Source: a virus. From it: 64,000 nt of DNA. Position numbers and translations under genes: made by a program. Below are positions 27,001 through 36,613 of this stretch, piece by piece. The notes below the pieces were generated by a model. That model saw only the letters and a list, made by a program, of their open reading frames with translations, was not told where the DNA came from and did not search any database. The stretch is from the IMG/VR virus record IMGVR_UViG_3300035670_000025. One strand, written 5' to 3'. Positions within the stretch are counted from its first letter, which is position 1. Every line of letters starts with the position of its first letter.

Positions 27001-28349
27001 GATTCTCCAAATGAAGATTCTTTCTTAAATCTTTGTGCGTATTGTTGTATTGAAGAAGAAGGAGAAGGTCTTGATGTAGATGGAAAACCACCTAAACCAA
27101 ATAAACCTTTCTTTTGTTGGGTGGTTGCATAAGGTTTAATAAGAGGGTTGTTTTGTGTAGGTTTTGTTATTGGAGCAGTAGGACCAAATTTTTTTAATTC
27201 TGATTCTGGTCCTTGAATGAGTTCCATTCTGGACTTTTTACTTATATATCTTTTTCTTCGTTCTTCCGTTTCAATTAATTGTTTTACTTTATTTTGTTCA
27301 TCCTCTTCAGGTGGTTCTTCTTCTAGTGCCTTTACTGCATCATACAAATCTTTCGTGGTCCAAGCAACCATTATAGCAGCAACAACTCCTCCTGAGAGAG
27401 CACCACCCACAGCACCAACCGCAATTTTTCCAACCAAAGACGCTGCTGCTCTATATCCTAGTTTTCTTGCTATAATTTCAATAGATCTTTTAAAACCAAA
27501 TTTTTTAATAAGTCTGTATAGAGTATAAACAACACCACCAGAAACAAGTGCTTTTGTTGGATCTATTCCAAGAGCTTCTGGTTTAGATGAAGTCTTTTTA
27601 TTTGGTTGTGCAAAATTGCTAGATATTGAAGAAGGCATTTCTGATTTGCCCTCTAATACAGATAGTCTTCTTTCTACATTATCTCTAAACTGTCTAAAAT
27701 TAACATTTTGAAATTCATAAAACTCTTCTTTGAGTTTTGTTACTGTTCCATCAATATTTTCAATTTTATCGGCAACATTTTTTGTTACCTTCGTTAATTC
27801 TTCTTGTCCTTTTTTTAATTTTTGAAAATTAAAGTTTGCTTGTTTCAAATCATTAGAAACGGCAAGAAAGTTTCCCTTTTCTCTTTCAAACTCTTTTTGA
27901 GGATCTTCATTAAATGTTCTTTGGTCTCTGAGTCTATTAGCAATTCCTTCACCAATGATGCCCATACTACCAATAGTTGATGTTAATTGTCTGAGATAAG
28001 CACCACCAAATGTTGATAATTTCTTTCCTGGTTCTGCACGTCTTGATTCTCTTAATGCAGCACCTATTTTAGAACCAAATACATTAGTCAATTCTCTTTC
28101 TACAGTAGAAGCAAAACGAGCAGCACCAACTGCCATTGTGTTTTTTCCAAAAACAACAGGAGTCTCTGCTAATTCATCTCTTCTTTTTAGTTTTTCGGCA
28201 CGACTTTCACGACTTTCACGACTTTCCCTAAGTTTTTCTGCAAACTTTTGCACCCGAGATTTTGTTTCTGTTTTTCCAGTTCCTGGTGCAGACGCAGCAT
28301 TTGCTGCTTCAACTGCCGATTTTCCTGGTGGTTTTGGTAAGTCTGCCAA
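24048..28349 (-). CDS. large baseplate-hub / tape-measure-like protein with muralytic domains
   Basis: Follows genes 26 and 51; coiled-coil N-terminus; Hydrolase_2-like LVYNEA...IFNRA; M15 ITSAWRS...PH.RGEAVD...EPWHIE; HERGH; Pro/Gly-rich linkers; TTG start. Confidence 0.7.
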   Translation of the reverse strand: MADLPKPPGKSAVEAANAASAPGTGKTETKSRVQKFAEKLRESRESRESRAEKLKRRDELAETPVVFGKNTMAVGAARFASTVERELTNVFGSKIGAALRESRRAEPGKKLSTFGGAYLRQLTSTIGSMGIIGEGIANRLRDQRTFNEDPQKEFEREKGNFLAVSNDLKQANFNFQKLKKGQEELTKVTKNVADKIENIDGTVTKLKEEFYEFQNVNFRQFRDNVERRLSVLEGKSEMPSSISSNFAQPNKKTSSKPEALGIDPTKALVSGGVVYTLYRLIKKFGFKRSIEIIARKLGYRAAASLVGKIAVGAVGGALSGGVVAAIMVAWTTKDLYDAVKALEEEPPEEDEQNKVKQLIETEERRKRYISKKSRMELIQGPESELKKFGPTAPITKPTQNNPLIKPYATTQQKKGLFGLGGFPSTSRPSPSSSIQQYAQRFKKESSFGESFDRQMIEREKSQFLQFGQLPRGFEFLPGHMGRLGQPEAVAARGAMPLGGYGGVAGVPGMPSGGYATGGGNAAGYTTGPTANVGREGTNVGGRETTGGGTTAGGGAESTSAGGRGVGTGQGYSPGAQVNAFQVGGVDRSAFFNQMSPENKERLFALVYNEANKKRKEDFADIMETIFNRAAGRSNNVLSKEIFGLAHYFEPHLKGKTSAAQEAIRKNPEMMRMLESALGEVLAGRKQAVDPSGNPAMHNFAWPRSGQHGSMVRGEFLYNKPEELGKAKKIPSLTAENIEKYRKMLEAGGFVVPSPPTGTPTSGAAPTPGATPAPGATSMLPRVGGFFGLPEGASLGPGGGITSGVQPQPQPQPQPGEGRAPIRMVGGASSRGERSSWNNLSLEFRARLMAMYNAMPPELRQQLSITSAWRSIKTQAQIYARSPGMAAKPSSRAPHVRGEAVDFGGFKNFHNTAAGKWVHENARKFGLHFPMMGGGRSRLFEPWHIEPIPKFGQNFYDPKNPSSAYTIPETGMAPNKVPENLSSLNLKPGAGISIMPGTSIVGPGAEAFQGMFPGLPEATGPKKESTFKFGMTGHGRAPLGFHQKGKVTVNPALTLREYGETATTIVHERGHQLRYNVRKKIEEKIKKGTATPEERAALEYSLQRAPYSMRNEELLANLDTIKFVEGLPEKDRSRYKKGYDASNRFVERGLMEKFKQSYQKEIEFYGLDSLEKIINSDLFKEFASKKMAELEKTRQFFIDKHKEFFPQQQGVTPATQGVAPPFTPGMLRLFGPQNSTPNAIPPSVTPAPAPGAPTAPTPGATPAPAPVATPAPGAPTAPAPAQAAPTTTPPPPPVPPGPPGPPGPPVPSIPSGPTPVPGIMIAPQPQTPPIPAPPAAPGTIAGITGGYMGGAAAGMPSEGGAAAAESAAALQQAQTPPAATPAEQYTGPKTPQESTGRSGSPGPSTSSGGGGNHPESAGESPGSGGSGSYGRCFV

Positions 28350-28352
28350 AGA

Positions 28353-28562
28353 TTAATATCCTCTTCTCTGCATTGCTTCTGCTTTCAATCGTGCCTGTTT
28401 TGCTTCTTCTTCACGTTTCTCAATATCTTCCTTAATCAATGACATATAGATATCACGTTCAAAAGGTATCAGATTTTCTAAATCTAATACCGTCACGAAC
28501 TTATGCTGATGAACTAGGTTGAACGCCACCTTGTAGTAATTCTCCAAGGTGTTATGGTTCAA
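28353..28562 (-). CDS. 51: baseplate hub assembly protein gp51-like
   Basis: LENYYK..F.L..QHK...LENLIPFERDIY. Confidence 0.85.
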   Translation of the reverse strand: MNHNTLENYYKVAFNLVHQHKFVTVLDLENLIPFERDIYMSLIKEDIEKREEEAKQARLKAEAMQRRGY

Positions 28563-29269
28563 CCAAATGTAAAAAAATCTTCTAAGGTTCTCAATTCAAT
28601 CTTTCTTTCTGTCCCCTTTTCGTTCTTATATTCAATTGCATAATATAGTGTTGGTATTGAATTAAAAAATTCTTGAATCTTTTCGTATTGTTTTGCTGGA
28701 ATTGAATTAACAAATTCTAACAACTCTTCTTTATTCACTGTTTTACAATCATATGCTTTATCATTTTCAAATATCTTTGTCATACTGGAAAGCAGAACCG
28801 TTTCAAATACTTTGTCATCTGACAAATTAAAGAACTCCTTATCCGTATAAACAGATACTGGAGGATATCTAAGAACCAATGAGATATTATCTCCGAGATC
28901 AATAACAGGATTTGCTTCTATTTCTTGTTTGATTTCTACTTTATCAAAATCAATTTCAAAATTATAAACCTTTTCATCTTCATTGTCTCTATAAGATGCT
29001 TTAGTTTTATTTGAAATTGAATATGAACGAATCTTAAGGAACAGATATTCCATATCAACGAATGAAAGATCATCCACTTTTATATTTGGGGTAACTATGC
29101 AATTATTGCATACTTGTTTGATAGCATTTAATTGTTCTGCCCTTTCTTCTGATTGTTTTGCCATTAGAAGAATCTTTTCTTCTTTGACAAGCATTGGACG
29201 AACTTTAATTTTTTCTTTTGTTGTAGGAATAACAACGTCAAATGTTGGGTGTGATAATTTAGGTAGCAT
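28559..29269 (-). CDS. 26: baseplate hub subunit gp26
   Basis: MLPK...RPMLVKEEKILLMA, DMEYLFLKIRS, LEDFF. Confidence 0.92.
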   Translation of the reverse strand: MLPKLSHPTFDVVIPTTKEKIKVRPMLVKEEKILLMAKQSEERAEQLNAIKQVCNNCIVTPNIKVDDLSFVDMEYLFLKIRSYSISNKTKASYRDNEDEKVYNFEIDFDKVEIKQEIEANPVIDLGDNISLVLRYPPVSVYTDKEFFNLSDDKVFETVLLSSMTKIFENDKAYDCKTVNKEELLEFVNSIPAKQYEKIQEFFNSIPTLYYAIEYKNEKGTERKIELRTLEDFFTFG

Positions 29270-29286
29270 TTCAATGTTTCTCCTTA

Positions 29287-29892
29287 TTATTCATTTTCTC
29301 TGATAGTATACCAATCTAAGTATTCAAAAACAACACCAACTCTAGCAGTGTTGTTGGTATCTGCCCAATTTAGGTTTGTGTCAATCACCTGTGAAGGAAA
29401 TGCTTCCTTACAAATAATGTTAATAGGTTTCTTTTTTCCAGTTTCATCAAACACAGCAATATTCAATTGAGTAACATAATCAATTTTATATTTAAGTTCG
29501 TATGGAAATCCACCAAAATTAGAAATAGTATTAAATCCTACGTCAGTATCATGCGGCATTATTTTCTGCAACCAATTATTAAAAAACTTCCAAACCTCTC
29601 CTTTCCCATCAGAAATAAATGAACACTGTAATGATTGAAAGTTTGGAGCAAATGGTCTTTTTTCTGATGGTCCATATGTCCATCTTCTGGTATCATGCTG
29701 CATTAACTGATATCCGGGAAGATTAATGGACTCACACCAAAACTCAATTGACCTATTTATTGATGCTGTTTCTCCACCTGTTCCTAACATTATTCTTGGA
29801 GAAGGAAATGTAATGAGAAATTTGTTGTTTCTCATTACACTATTTCTACTATTCAATTCAGATTTAAAATTTTCTATATTAAATCCTGGCAT
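29287..29892 (-). CDS. 54: tail tube initiator gp54-like (gp19 fold)
   Basis: R.NKF.I, CESINLPG, YGP, EAFP..V. Confidence 0.7.
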   Translation of the reverse strand: MPGFNIENFKSELNSRNSVMRNNKFLITFPSPRIMLGTGGETASINRSIEFWCESINLPGYQLMQHDTRRWTYGPSEKRPFAPNFQSLQCSFISDGKGEVWKFFNNWLQKIMPHDTDVGFNTISNFGGFPYELKYKIDYVTQLNIAVFDETGKKKPINIICKEAFPSQVIDTNLNWADTNNTARVGVVFEYLDWYTIRENE

Positions 29893-29895
29893 TTA

Positions 29896-30519
29896 TTAAC
29901 CTTTTCTAATCTTATCTAAAGATTCTTGATAGACTCTTCTCTTGTTTGCTTTTGCCCATCTTTCTGTTGGTAAAAACAAAGCAATATTCCAATCATCTGG
30001 ATCTACAATATATATCCGTGATCTTAAATGGTCATACAAATATCGTTTAACACAAGGCAGATAATTTCTATTTCTTGATGCCATTTTAACTAATTGATAT
30101 GATATTATAATTCTTTTTCTTTCGTCCAAATGTCTATTTTTAATAACATTTCTATACAGAGCATCCATAAGAACTGCTCTTCTGTTTGGAGGAAGATAAT
30201 GTAAATTCAATCCAAGAAATCCGTCTTTATAAATTTCAATAGGAATAACTAATGGAAATCTATCAAAGTAAGGCAGTTCTTCTTTCCACTTTGGATCATA
30301 GAAATACATACACATTCTACCAAGATGTTTTGGTTGTAACAAAGTAATAAGTCTATCTGGATCACGCATAACTTCACGACCGTTTGCTTGTTTTCCAGCA
30401 AGTTGTCTTGATAATTTCAAATATGCGTCAATAGCATTTTGTGTTGCTTCTTTTAATTTTGAACCCAATGTATTTTTTAGTCTATCAAAATATGTTTCTT
30501 TATGTTTTTCTTCTGCCAT
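29896..30519 (-). CDS. 2: DNA end protector gp2
   Basis: YFYDPKWKEELPYFDRFPLV, GFLGLNLHYLP, CVKRYL, LPTE. Confidence 0.93.
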   Translation of the reverse strand: MAEEKHKETYFDRLKNTLGSKLKEATQNAIDAYLKLSRQLAGKQANGREVMRDPDRLITLLQPKHLGRMCMYFYDPKWKEELPYFDRFPLVIPIEIYKDGFLGLNLHYLPPNRRAVLMDALYRNVIKNRHLDERKRIIISYQLVKMASRNRNYLPCVKRYLYDHLRSRIYIVDPDDWNIALFLPTERWAKANKRRVYQESLDKIRKG

Positions 30520-30962
30520 TATTTGATGCCTAGACTTTCTTCTGTTAAAATAAGAAATTTCCATTTTCTATCAGCACAAAAATTTTCTGCTGCTTTCCAT
30601 TTTGCTTGATTAATGGCAAAAGTTGCTGTCTCGTGTAACACCATTTTTTTATTTCTTTTTGTTGTAGGTGGTTGTGTCTGATGTTTTGGTTTGATTTCTA
30701 TCACCAAAGTTTCTATTATACCTTGTTTATTCTTTCTTTTGACAAGCATATCAGGATAATACTTATGCAATCTATTATCCACTGGTGATAAATAAGGTAT
30801 AAAAAATTCTTCTGAAGCATAAGATATTACATCAGGATGAGAGTCAAGATAACTTAGCATCTTTTTCTCCCAACTTGATCTATAAACAATATTATTTGCA
30901 TCACCCATATATTTTTTGGGATTTTTGGGTTTAAAATATCCTTGGTGATAGTTTCTTGCCAT
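30519..30962 (-). CDS. 4: head completion nuclease gp4
   Basis: PKNPKKY.GD, YRSSWE, YYPD, IEIKP, NQAKWKAA. Confidence 0.95.
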   Translation of the reverse strand: MARNYHQGYFKPKNPKKYMGDANNIVYRSSWEKKMLSYLDSHPDVISYASEEFFIPYLSPVDNRLHKYYPDMLVKRKNKQGIIETLVIEIKPKHQTQPPTTKRNKKMVLHETATFAINQAKWKAAENFCADRKWKFLILTEESLGIK

Positions 30963-31005
30963 GATAATACTCTATGTTTATTGGCAATATACTATTGCCT
31001 CTTAG

Positions 31006-31019
31006 TATTTATATAAATA
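31006..31019. promoter_or_regulatory. overlapping divergent late promoters
   Basis: Palindrome TATTTATATAAATA gives TATAAATA on both strands, between genes 4 and 48. Confidence 0.85.
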
Positions 31020-31050
31020 ACTAAAAACGCATATTATTACAGGGAATCAA

Positions 31051-32025
31051 ATGGCATTACTTCCACGCAGTGTGCAATCAGGACAATCAAACGCACCACA
31101 ATCTTCTCAAAGAACATTTTTTGATGAGCAAGGGTATAATGTTTCAGGATATCAAACATCAAACATAATTGGAAATCCTTCTAGAGTAATTGAAGAACGT
31201 ATAGCAGGACAAATTAGACAAGCAGACTATAGATTCCCGTTTGATGTGCCAAAATATCATTTTACTTTAATTGAAAACGAATGGACTATAGGAAACCGAA
31301 TAATATTTCAAAAAATGTTTAAACTGCCTCTTCCAACAGGACTAACGGCAGAACATGAAGTCAATTATAATACAGGATTCAATTATCTTTCAGTTCTTAG
31401 TTCTGCTGCTTCAGTACTTGCAGGAGCAGCATCGCAAGTTGGACAAACTGCTGCCCAAGCCGGGGGTGCTGCTTTTGGTCTTGCCGTAAATAACTTCAAA
31501 TCAGTAACCTTAGATGTTCCAGATTTCAGAACTTTTCAGTTATCTTGGAAACTGTCCCCAAAAAGTTTTGATGAATCAGAAACGATACAAAAAATTATAT
31601 TTTTATTAAAAAAGGCAATGCATCCAAGATCTCTTGGTGACAATTTTGCTCCTGGGGTTGTGGCGACGGTTGCTACTGGGGTTTTAATTTTTCCAAAAAT
31701 ATTTACTATGTATTTTGTTCCAAATGCAAAATTTTTATATAAATTCAAACCGTGCGTACTATCCTCTATAAGAGTAGATTACGCAGGTGGGCAACCCGTT
31801 CCTTCTTTTTACGCATCACCGGGAAATCCTAGTGATTCTCCGCCAGAGTCCGTTTTAGTATCAATGAATTTCATTGAGTTAGAATATTGGTTATCTAGAG
31901 ACTTTATTTTACAAAATGATATGCCAACAAATAATCCATTTGATGCCTTTAGATATTATACTTATGATTCCAGTGAAACACAAAGAGCAGACGCACGAGA
32001 TGCACAAGATAGAGGCATTAATTAG
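31051..32025 (+). CDS. 48: baseplate tail-tube cap gp48-like
   Basis: LPLP, FRTFQLSWKLSPKS..ES..IQKII, FKPCVLSSIRVDY, FIELE. Confidence 0.85.
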   Translation: MALLPRSVQSGQSNAPQSSQRTFFDEQGYNVSGYQTSNIIGNPSRVIEERIAGQIRQADYRFPFDVPKYHFTLIENEWTIGNRIIFQKMFKLPLPTGLTAEHEVNYNTGFNYLSVLSSAASVLAGAASQVGQTAAQAGGAAFGLAVNNFKSVTLDVPDFRTFQLSWKLSPKSFDESETIQKIIFLLKKAMHPRSLGDNFAPGVVATVATGVLIFPKIFTMYFVPNAKFLYKFKPCVLSSIRVDYAGGQPVPSFYASPGNPSDSPPESVLVSMNFIELEYWLSRDFILQNDMPTNNPFDAFRYYTYDSSETQRADARDAQDRGIN

Positions 32026-32027
32026 AA

Positions 32028-32951
32028 ATGGATAGATATTTTCAAAAACTGCCAAATCTATATTACAATAATTATCTCGTCAAGGATATCTCTAGACGAG
32101 CAAAACTTATTGAAGAACCTCGTAAGTCTCCTTACTTATTTTATCCATACGAAATTAAACACCAACTTCGTTCTGATCATATCGCAGAATACTATTATAA
32201 TGATTCAGAACTTGATTGGTTAATCTATATGTCAAACGAAATCATCGATCCATATTATCAATGGTATCTAAATGATGCTCAGTTTGAATCTTTAATCATT
32301 GAAAAATATGGTTCAATAGAACACGCACAAAAGAAAATTATTTTCTATAGAAATAATTGGGATTCTGATGATAGAGAACTGTCCGTATCATTTTATAATA
32401 ATACACTTCAACAATCATGGAAGAAATACTATTCTCCAATATGGGGACCAGGAAACAAAATTGTTTCTTATAAAAGAAAACAATTTGATGCAACAACAAA
32501 TTTAAACAGAATAGTAGAATACAACATCTCGGCAAATAATACATCAAACGGATTTATTGCTGGAGAACTTGTTGATATTAAGATTCCAGGACAAGATGCA
32601 ACCGTTGGAACAGGTGAAGTAATTATAGCAAACTCAACAATATTAAGAATAAAGAATGTTGATGGAAATACATCAGCAAACTCCACATTTAATAAAACTA
32701 TTGTTGGTGAAACAACTTTTGCAAATGTAACAGTATCTAATGCAGATATAACATTTCAAAACTTTACTGTTGATGAAGGGGTATTTTGGTCTGCTGTTTC
32801 TTATTATGATTATGAAACAGAAATAAATGAACAGAAAAAGAACATTAAATTAGTTGGTTCTGGACAACACATTTTATTAGTTGACCAATTCCAACAAGCA
32901 ATGAATGAAGATGTAGATTCAACAACAAATCTGAGCACGAATATAACATAA
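32028..32951 (+). CDS. 53: baseplate wedge subunit gp53
   Basis: YFQKLP, RSDHIAEYYY, NEIIDPYYQW, YDYETEINEQKKNIKL. Confidence 0.9.
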   Translation: MDRYFQKLPNLYYNNYLVKDISRRAKLIEEPRKSPYLFYPYEIKHQLRSDHIAEYYYNDSELDWLIYMSNEIIDPYYQWYLNDAQFESLIIEKYGSIEHAQKKIIFYRNNWDSDDRELSVSFYNNTLQQSWKKYYSPIWGPGNKIVSYKRKQFDATTNLNRIVEYNISANNTSNGFIAGELVDIKIPGQDATVGTGEVIIANSTILRIKNVDGNTSANSTFNKTIVGETTFANVTVSNADITFQNFTVDEGVFWSAVSYYDYETEINEQKKNIKLVGSGQHILLVDQFQQAMNEDVDSTTNLSTNIT

Positions 32952-34276
32952 TGGCAGTTATACAACCGACAAAAGCAGTTTTAAGAACATGTACAATTAA
33001 TTCTGTACAATATTATGAACTTGTTAATGGAGATGTTAAAAATAATTTCCATGTAAAAGAATTGCGTATTTATGAAGACATATGCAAGGCATATTTCACA
33101 GGACAATTAGTAATTGAAACCATGTTAAACACATGGGAATTATTCGTTCAACCAACATTTCCTGTTACTATCACCTTTGAAGCACCTAGGTCAGATGGTG
33201 GACAAACTAAAACTTATACAGAACAATTTCGTATCTATTCATATGATTCAAAACCTTTAGGTGGAGGTGGTGATGCAAGAATGCAACATACTATACAATT
33301 GATAGGACAAGAATACTACAATGATAAGCATAATACTGTATTAGAGAATTTTGCAAACATACCCGGAACTGCTGCTGCTGCTGCGATACATAACGCATAT
33401 ATGGCAGTAAACGGTGGATTGAGAATATTGATGCCCTCAACTGGACTTATTGGCAGTGAAAAAAAACCTCATGAAGTAAAGAATAAGAAACCTATTAAAG
33501 CAATACATGATATTCTTGATAGATGTGTCTATGGTGCTTATAAAACTTGTGCTCCTGTATATTTCAGAAATAAACCTGGATATGTGATGGCACCGTTGCA
33601 AATGATATTAGAGACAGGTTCTGTATTAGAGTCATTTAAGCATATTCCTGCACAAGGAGCATCTTTACAAGAAACAATGTTTGGATATAACAATATCATA
33701 CATTTTAGACCTGTTGCTCCTGCTGGAGAATCTTCTGGCGCTGCATCTGCGGGAACAATTGCAGGATTGATAAATGCAACCTCATTTTTTGATGTACAAA
33801 CTGGTAATTATATCAATAGTTTTAATGTTGCCGCAAAAGTATTGAATCTTTCTTTTATGAATAAAATAAAAGGGTTAAAAGGTAAAGCACAACAAATGTT
33901 ACAACAAGCATCTCGTGGCAGATATGGTGCTAGAATGATGTTTAGTATGCTTGATGAATTAATGCAACAAAGACAAATAGATAAAAACGGTCCAGGTGGA
34001 TATAATACTTCAGAAGAAGCATTTTTGACGACATTAAATTATGCTCCCAAATATTGGATATCTGTTCCATTACAAACAGGAGTAAATGTTACTTGTGGTA
34101 GTAGAATAACAGTAACTGCTCCCATTGGAGTATCAGATAGACCACAAATAATGAACAAAGTTTTATTTGTACCAAGATTAATACATGAAATTAGATTTAC
34201 TGAAAATGGTCAAGGGAATAAACGAGAACCACTAAATATAAATGGTACAACCGACATATATTGTGTTCAATGGTAG
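32951..34276 (+). CDS. baseplate hub protein (gp27-like)
   Basis: ELRIYEDI...TGQLVI N-terminus; position between genes 53 and 5. Confidence 0.6.
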   Translation: MAVIQPTKAVLRTCTINSVQYYELVNGDVKNNFHVKELRIYEDICKAYFTGQLVIETMLNTWELFVQPTFPVTITFEAPRSDGGQTKTYTEQFRIYSYDSKPLGGGGDARMQHTIQLIGQEYYNDKHNTVLENFANIPGTAAAAAIHNAYMAVNGGLRILMPSTGLIGSEKKPHEVKNKKPIKAIHDILDRCVYGAYKTCAPVYFRNKPGYVMAPLQMILETGSVLESFKHIPAQGASLQETMFGYNNIIHFRPVAPAGESSGAASAGTIAGLINATSFFDVQTGNYINSFNVAAKVLNLSFMNKIKGLKGKAQQMLQQASRGRYGARMMFSMLDELMQQRQIDKNGPGGYNTSEEAFLTTLNYAPKYWISVPLQTGVNVTCGSRITVTAPIGVSDRPQIMNKVLFVPRLIHEIRFTENGQGNKREPLNINGTTDIYCVQW

Positions 34277-34282
34277 GTAAAG

Positions 34283-35272
34283 ATGGCATATAATCCTAGT
34301 GATAAACAAGGTCCGTTACAAAGTCAGACATTTCAATATGCTGTTGTGGTTGATGATAAAGACCCTGATGAATCAGGACGATTTAAATGTAGAATCCTTG
34401 GTGAGCAAGATGACCAAGGAAAAATACCAGACGAAAAATTGCCTTGGGTTGCTTGTTTAACAAATAATCAACCACAATTAAGACAAGTTGGAAAATTCCC
34501 TGCTGGCAATTATGCAATTGGTTCTAAAGTCTTATTATTTAATCTTGGACAACAAGGTTGGGTAATTATGGGATCAGTCACCAATCATGAAAAAGAAAAA
34601 AATAAAGCAGACAGACACGATGAGTCAACATCAACTTCTCTAAAGTTAGTTACCGCTGTTTTTGGTAACATATTCACAAAGATAATTGGAGGCAAAGGAT
34701 TATTTAATAATAAAACAGTTTCTGAAGGCATATCAGCAACAACACAGACTGCGTATTCGTTAATGAACGGAATATTACCATCTGTTCCATTTAATGGAGA
34801 TCCAATTAATGCCATAAAAACAATGGCAAAAACAGAAGCAAAATATGATTTAAGAGGAGCATCAAAAGTTTTATCTGGATTTTTGTCTTTTGGAAATGTT
34901 GCATTCAATAACATGGACATGACAAATCCTACAAAAGAAGTACAAAAAATATCTCAAGAATTAATACCAAATGCTGTTAATATGATTGAACAATTAAAAA
35001 CAACTGCTAAATCTGGTCAAAACATATTAGCAAATTTATCTGTTGGTGGATTTGGAAACATATTAGGTGCGATACAGGGAATAGCATCTTTAATAAAACA
35101 AGAATCAAACCGAGACAACAAAAAAGATAATGAAAATGCACTGGAAGAAGAATTAAGAAGACTGTATAAAGAATTAACTAAAAAAGAACCACTGAATGAA
35201 TTTGGTAAAGAAACCGCACAATATATAAAATGGAAACAAGCATATTTGAACGGAGAAATATTATATGAGTAA
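34283..35272 (+). CDS. 5: gp5 N-terminal OB-fold part
   Basis: VVDDKDPDESGRFKCRILG...LPW...GSKV...IMGS. Confidence 0.8.
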   Translation: MAYNPSDKQGPLQSQTFQYAVVVDDKDPDESGRFKCRILGEQDDQGKIPDEKLPWVACLTNNQPQLRQVGKFPAGNYAIGSKVLLFNLGQQGWVIMGSVTNHEKEKNKADRHDESTSTSLKLVTAVFGNIFTKIIGGKGLFNNKTVSEGISATTQTAYSLMNGILPSVPFNGDPINAIKTMAKTEAKYDLRGASKVLSGFLSFGNVAFNNMDMTNPTKEVQKISQELIPNAVNMIEQLKTTAKSGQNILANLSVGGFGNILGAIQGIASLIKQESNRDNKKDNENALEEELRRLYKELTKKEPLNEFGKETAQYIKWKQAYLNGEILYE

Positions 35273-35882
35273 TAGATATGAAGATCCAGGCAAACAAAGA
35301 GCAAACGAAACAACAACACCAGAATCAAAATACCCATATAATCATGTATATCAAACTGCTGGTGGAATCAGAGTAATTGTTGGAAATGAACCTGGAAAAG
35401 AAGCATTGAAGGTATTTCATCCATCGGGATCATATGTAGAATTTATGCCAAATGGCAAAGTAGTTTCTATGAATATAGGTGAAAACAAACAATATAATAA
35501 AGGTGGAGTAACAATTACTGTAGATGAAAATAATGATGTTCATATTAAAGGACATTCAAAATTACAAGTTGGTGGTGGAACACACATAGAAGTTGCTGGT
35601 GATGCAGGAATTGTTGTCGGAGGATCGGTTGCAATGTCAATGCCACAAGGAGATTTGGGAATACAAGCAAAAAATGTTTATATGGGAGCAACTGGCAATT
35701 TTAATTTAAATGTTGAAGGAACAATGAAAATTTCTTCTAAAGGAAGAGGAGTGCTCGAATCATCTGAAGTTTTAAGAGTAGGATCAGCAACCGAAGTTGA
35801 TGTTCAATCTCCAGCAACAAACTTAAATAAGTCTGGAGGTGCTTCAGGATATGCAGGACCAGAAAGTCCTGGAGAAGCATAA
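35265..35882 (+). CDS. 5: gp5 C-terminal beta-helix spike part
   Basis: YPYNHVYQT.GG, PGKE....HPSGSYVE, VxG repeats. Confidence 0.85.
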   Translation: MSNRYEDPGKQRANETTTPESKYPYNHVYQTAGGIRVIVGNEPGKEALKVFHPSGSYVEFMPNGKVVSMNIGENKQYNKGGVTITVDENNDVHIKGHSKLQVGGGTHIEVAGDAGIVVGGSVAMSMPQGDLGIQAKNVYMGATGNFNLNVEGTMKISSKGRGVLESSEVLRVGSATEVDVQSPATNLNKSGGASGYAGPESPGEA

Positions 35883-35884
35883 AA

Positions 35885-36181
35885 ATGCCAGGGGCACATA
35901 GAGATACGGATTTTAGACTTTGTGGGGCAAGAACAATAGTAACAGAACAAAATTCTGTTAGAGTAAACGGATTGTTATGGTCTGTTGAAGATGATATTTG
36001 TGATCATGGATTGAGTGGACCACTAAAACCAATCGTCGGAGATTCCGTCAAAATTCACGGAAAAAAAGTAATTGTGTTTGGAGACCAAGCAAAAACACAA
36101 GACAGTGAAGGGCATGATCCAGCAACAGGAACAATACCATTACAAAGAAGTCAAAATGTTTTTGCATACGGACAAGGATAA
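35885..36181 (+). CDS. PAAR-like spike tip protein
   Basis: MPGAHRDTD.R.CGA.T...V.VNG...CDHG. Confidence 0.8.
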   Translation: MPGAHRDTDFRLCGARTIVTEQNSVRVNGLLWSVEDDICDHGLSGPLKPIVGDSVKIHGKKVIVFGDQAKTQDSEGHDPATGTIPLQRSQNVFAYGQG

Positions 36182-36187
36182 CAAAAA

Positions 36188-36610
36188 TTGTCAAGAGCAG
36201 ATAAATATTCTTTAGAACAAAAGAAAACAGAAATATATACAGACTTTCTTAATTCTTTTGAACAAAATCCTTTAACTGGTGCTCTTGCCAGAGTCACTAA
36301 CGAAGAATCTGTTAAACAGGCACTTAAAAATATTGTCTTAACAAATATTGGTGAAAGATTTTATGATTCAAACAAAGGTTCAAAAATTAAACAATCTTTG
36401 TTTGAATTGTATGATCCATCAACAATTGAAATAATTAGAATACAACTAGGTGAAGCAATTGCAGCATATGAACCAAGAGCAATTATACAAGATATTAGAT
36501 TACAAGAAGATTTGGACAATAATGGATATTATATAACACTTGTTTTTTCAATTATAAATATACCAGATCAGACCTTCTCATTAGACCTATCAATTCAAAG
36601 AGTTAGATGA
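36188..36610 (+). CDS. 25: baseplate wedge subunit gp25
   Basis: NEESVKQALKNIVLTNIGER, YEPRA; TTG start. Confidence 0.93.
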   Translation: MSRADKYSLEQKKTEIYTDFLNSFEQNPLTGALARVTNEESVKQALKNIVLTNIGERFYDSNKGSKIKQSLFELYDPSTIEIIRIQLGEAIAAYEPRAIIQDIRLQEDLDNNGYYITLVFSIINIPDQTFSLDLSIQRVR

Positions 36611-36613
36611 TAA

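Noticed and set aside
23996-27528. Leu/Val-rich or Gln-rich ORFs at 23996, 24011, 24377, 26021, 26622 and 27217
   Set aside because: Shadow frames of the Pro/Gly/Ala-rich low-complexity parts of the 1433-aa gene
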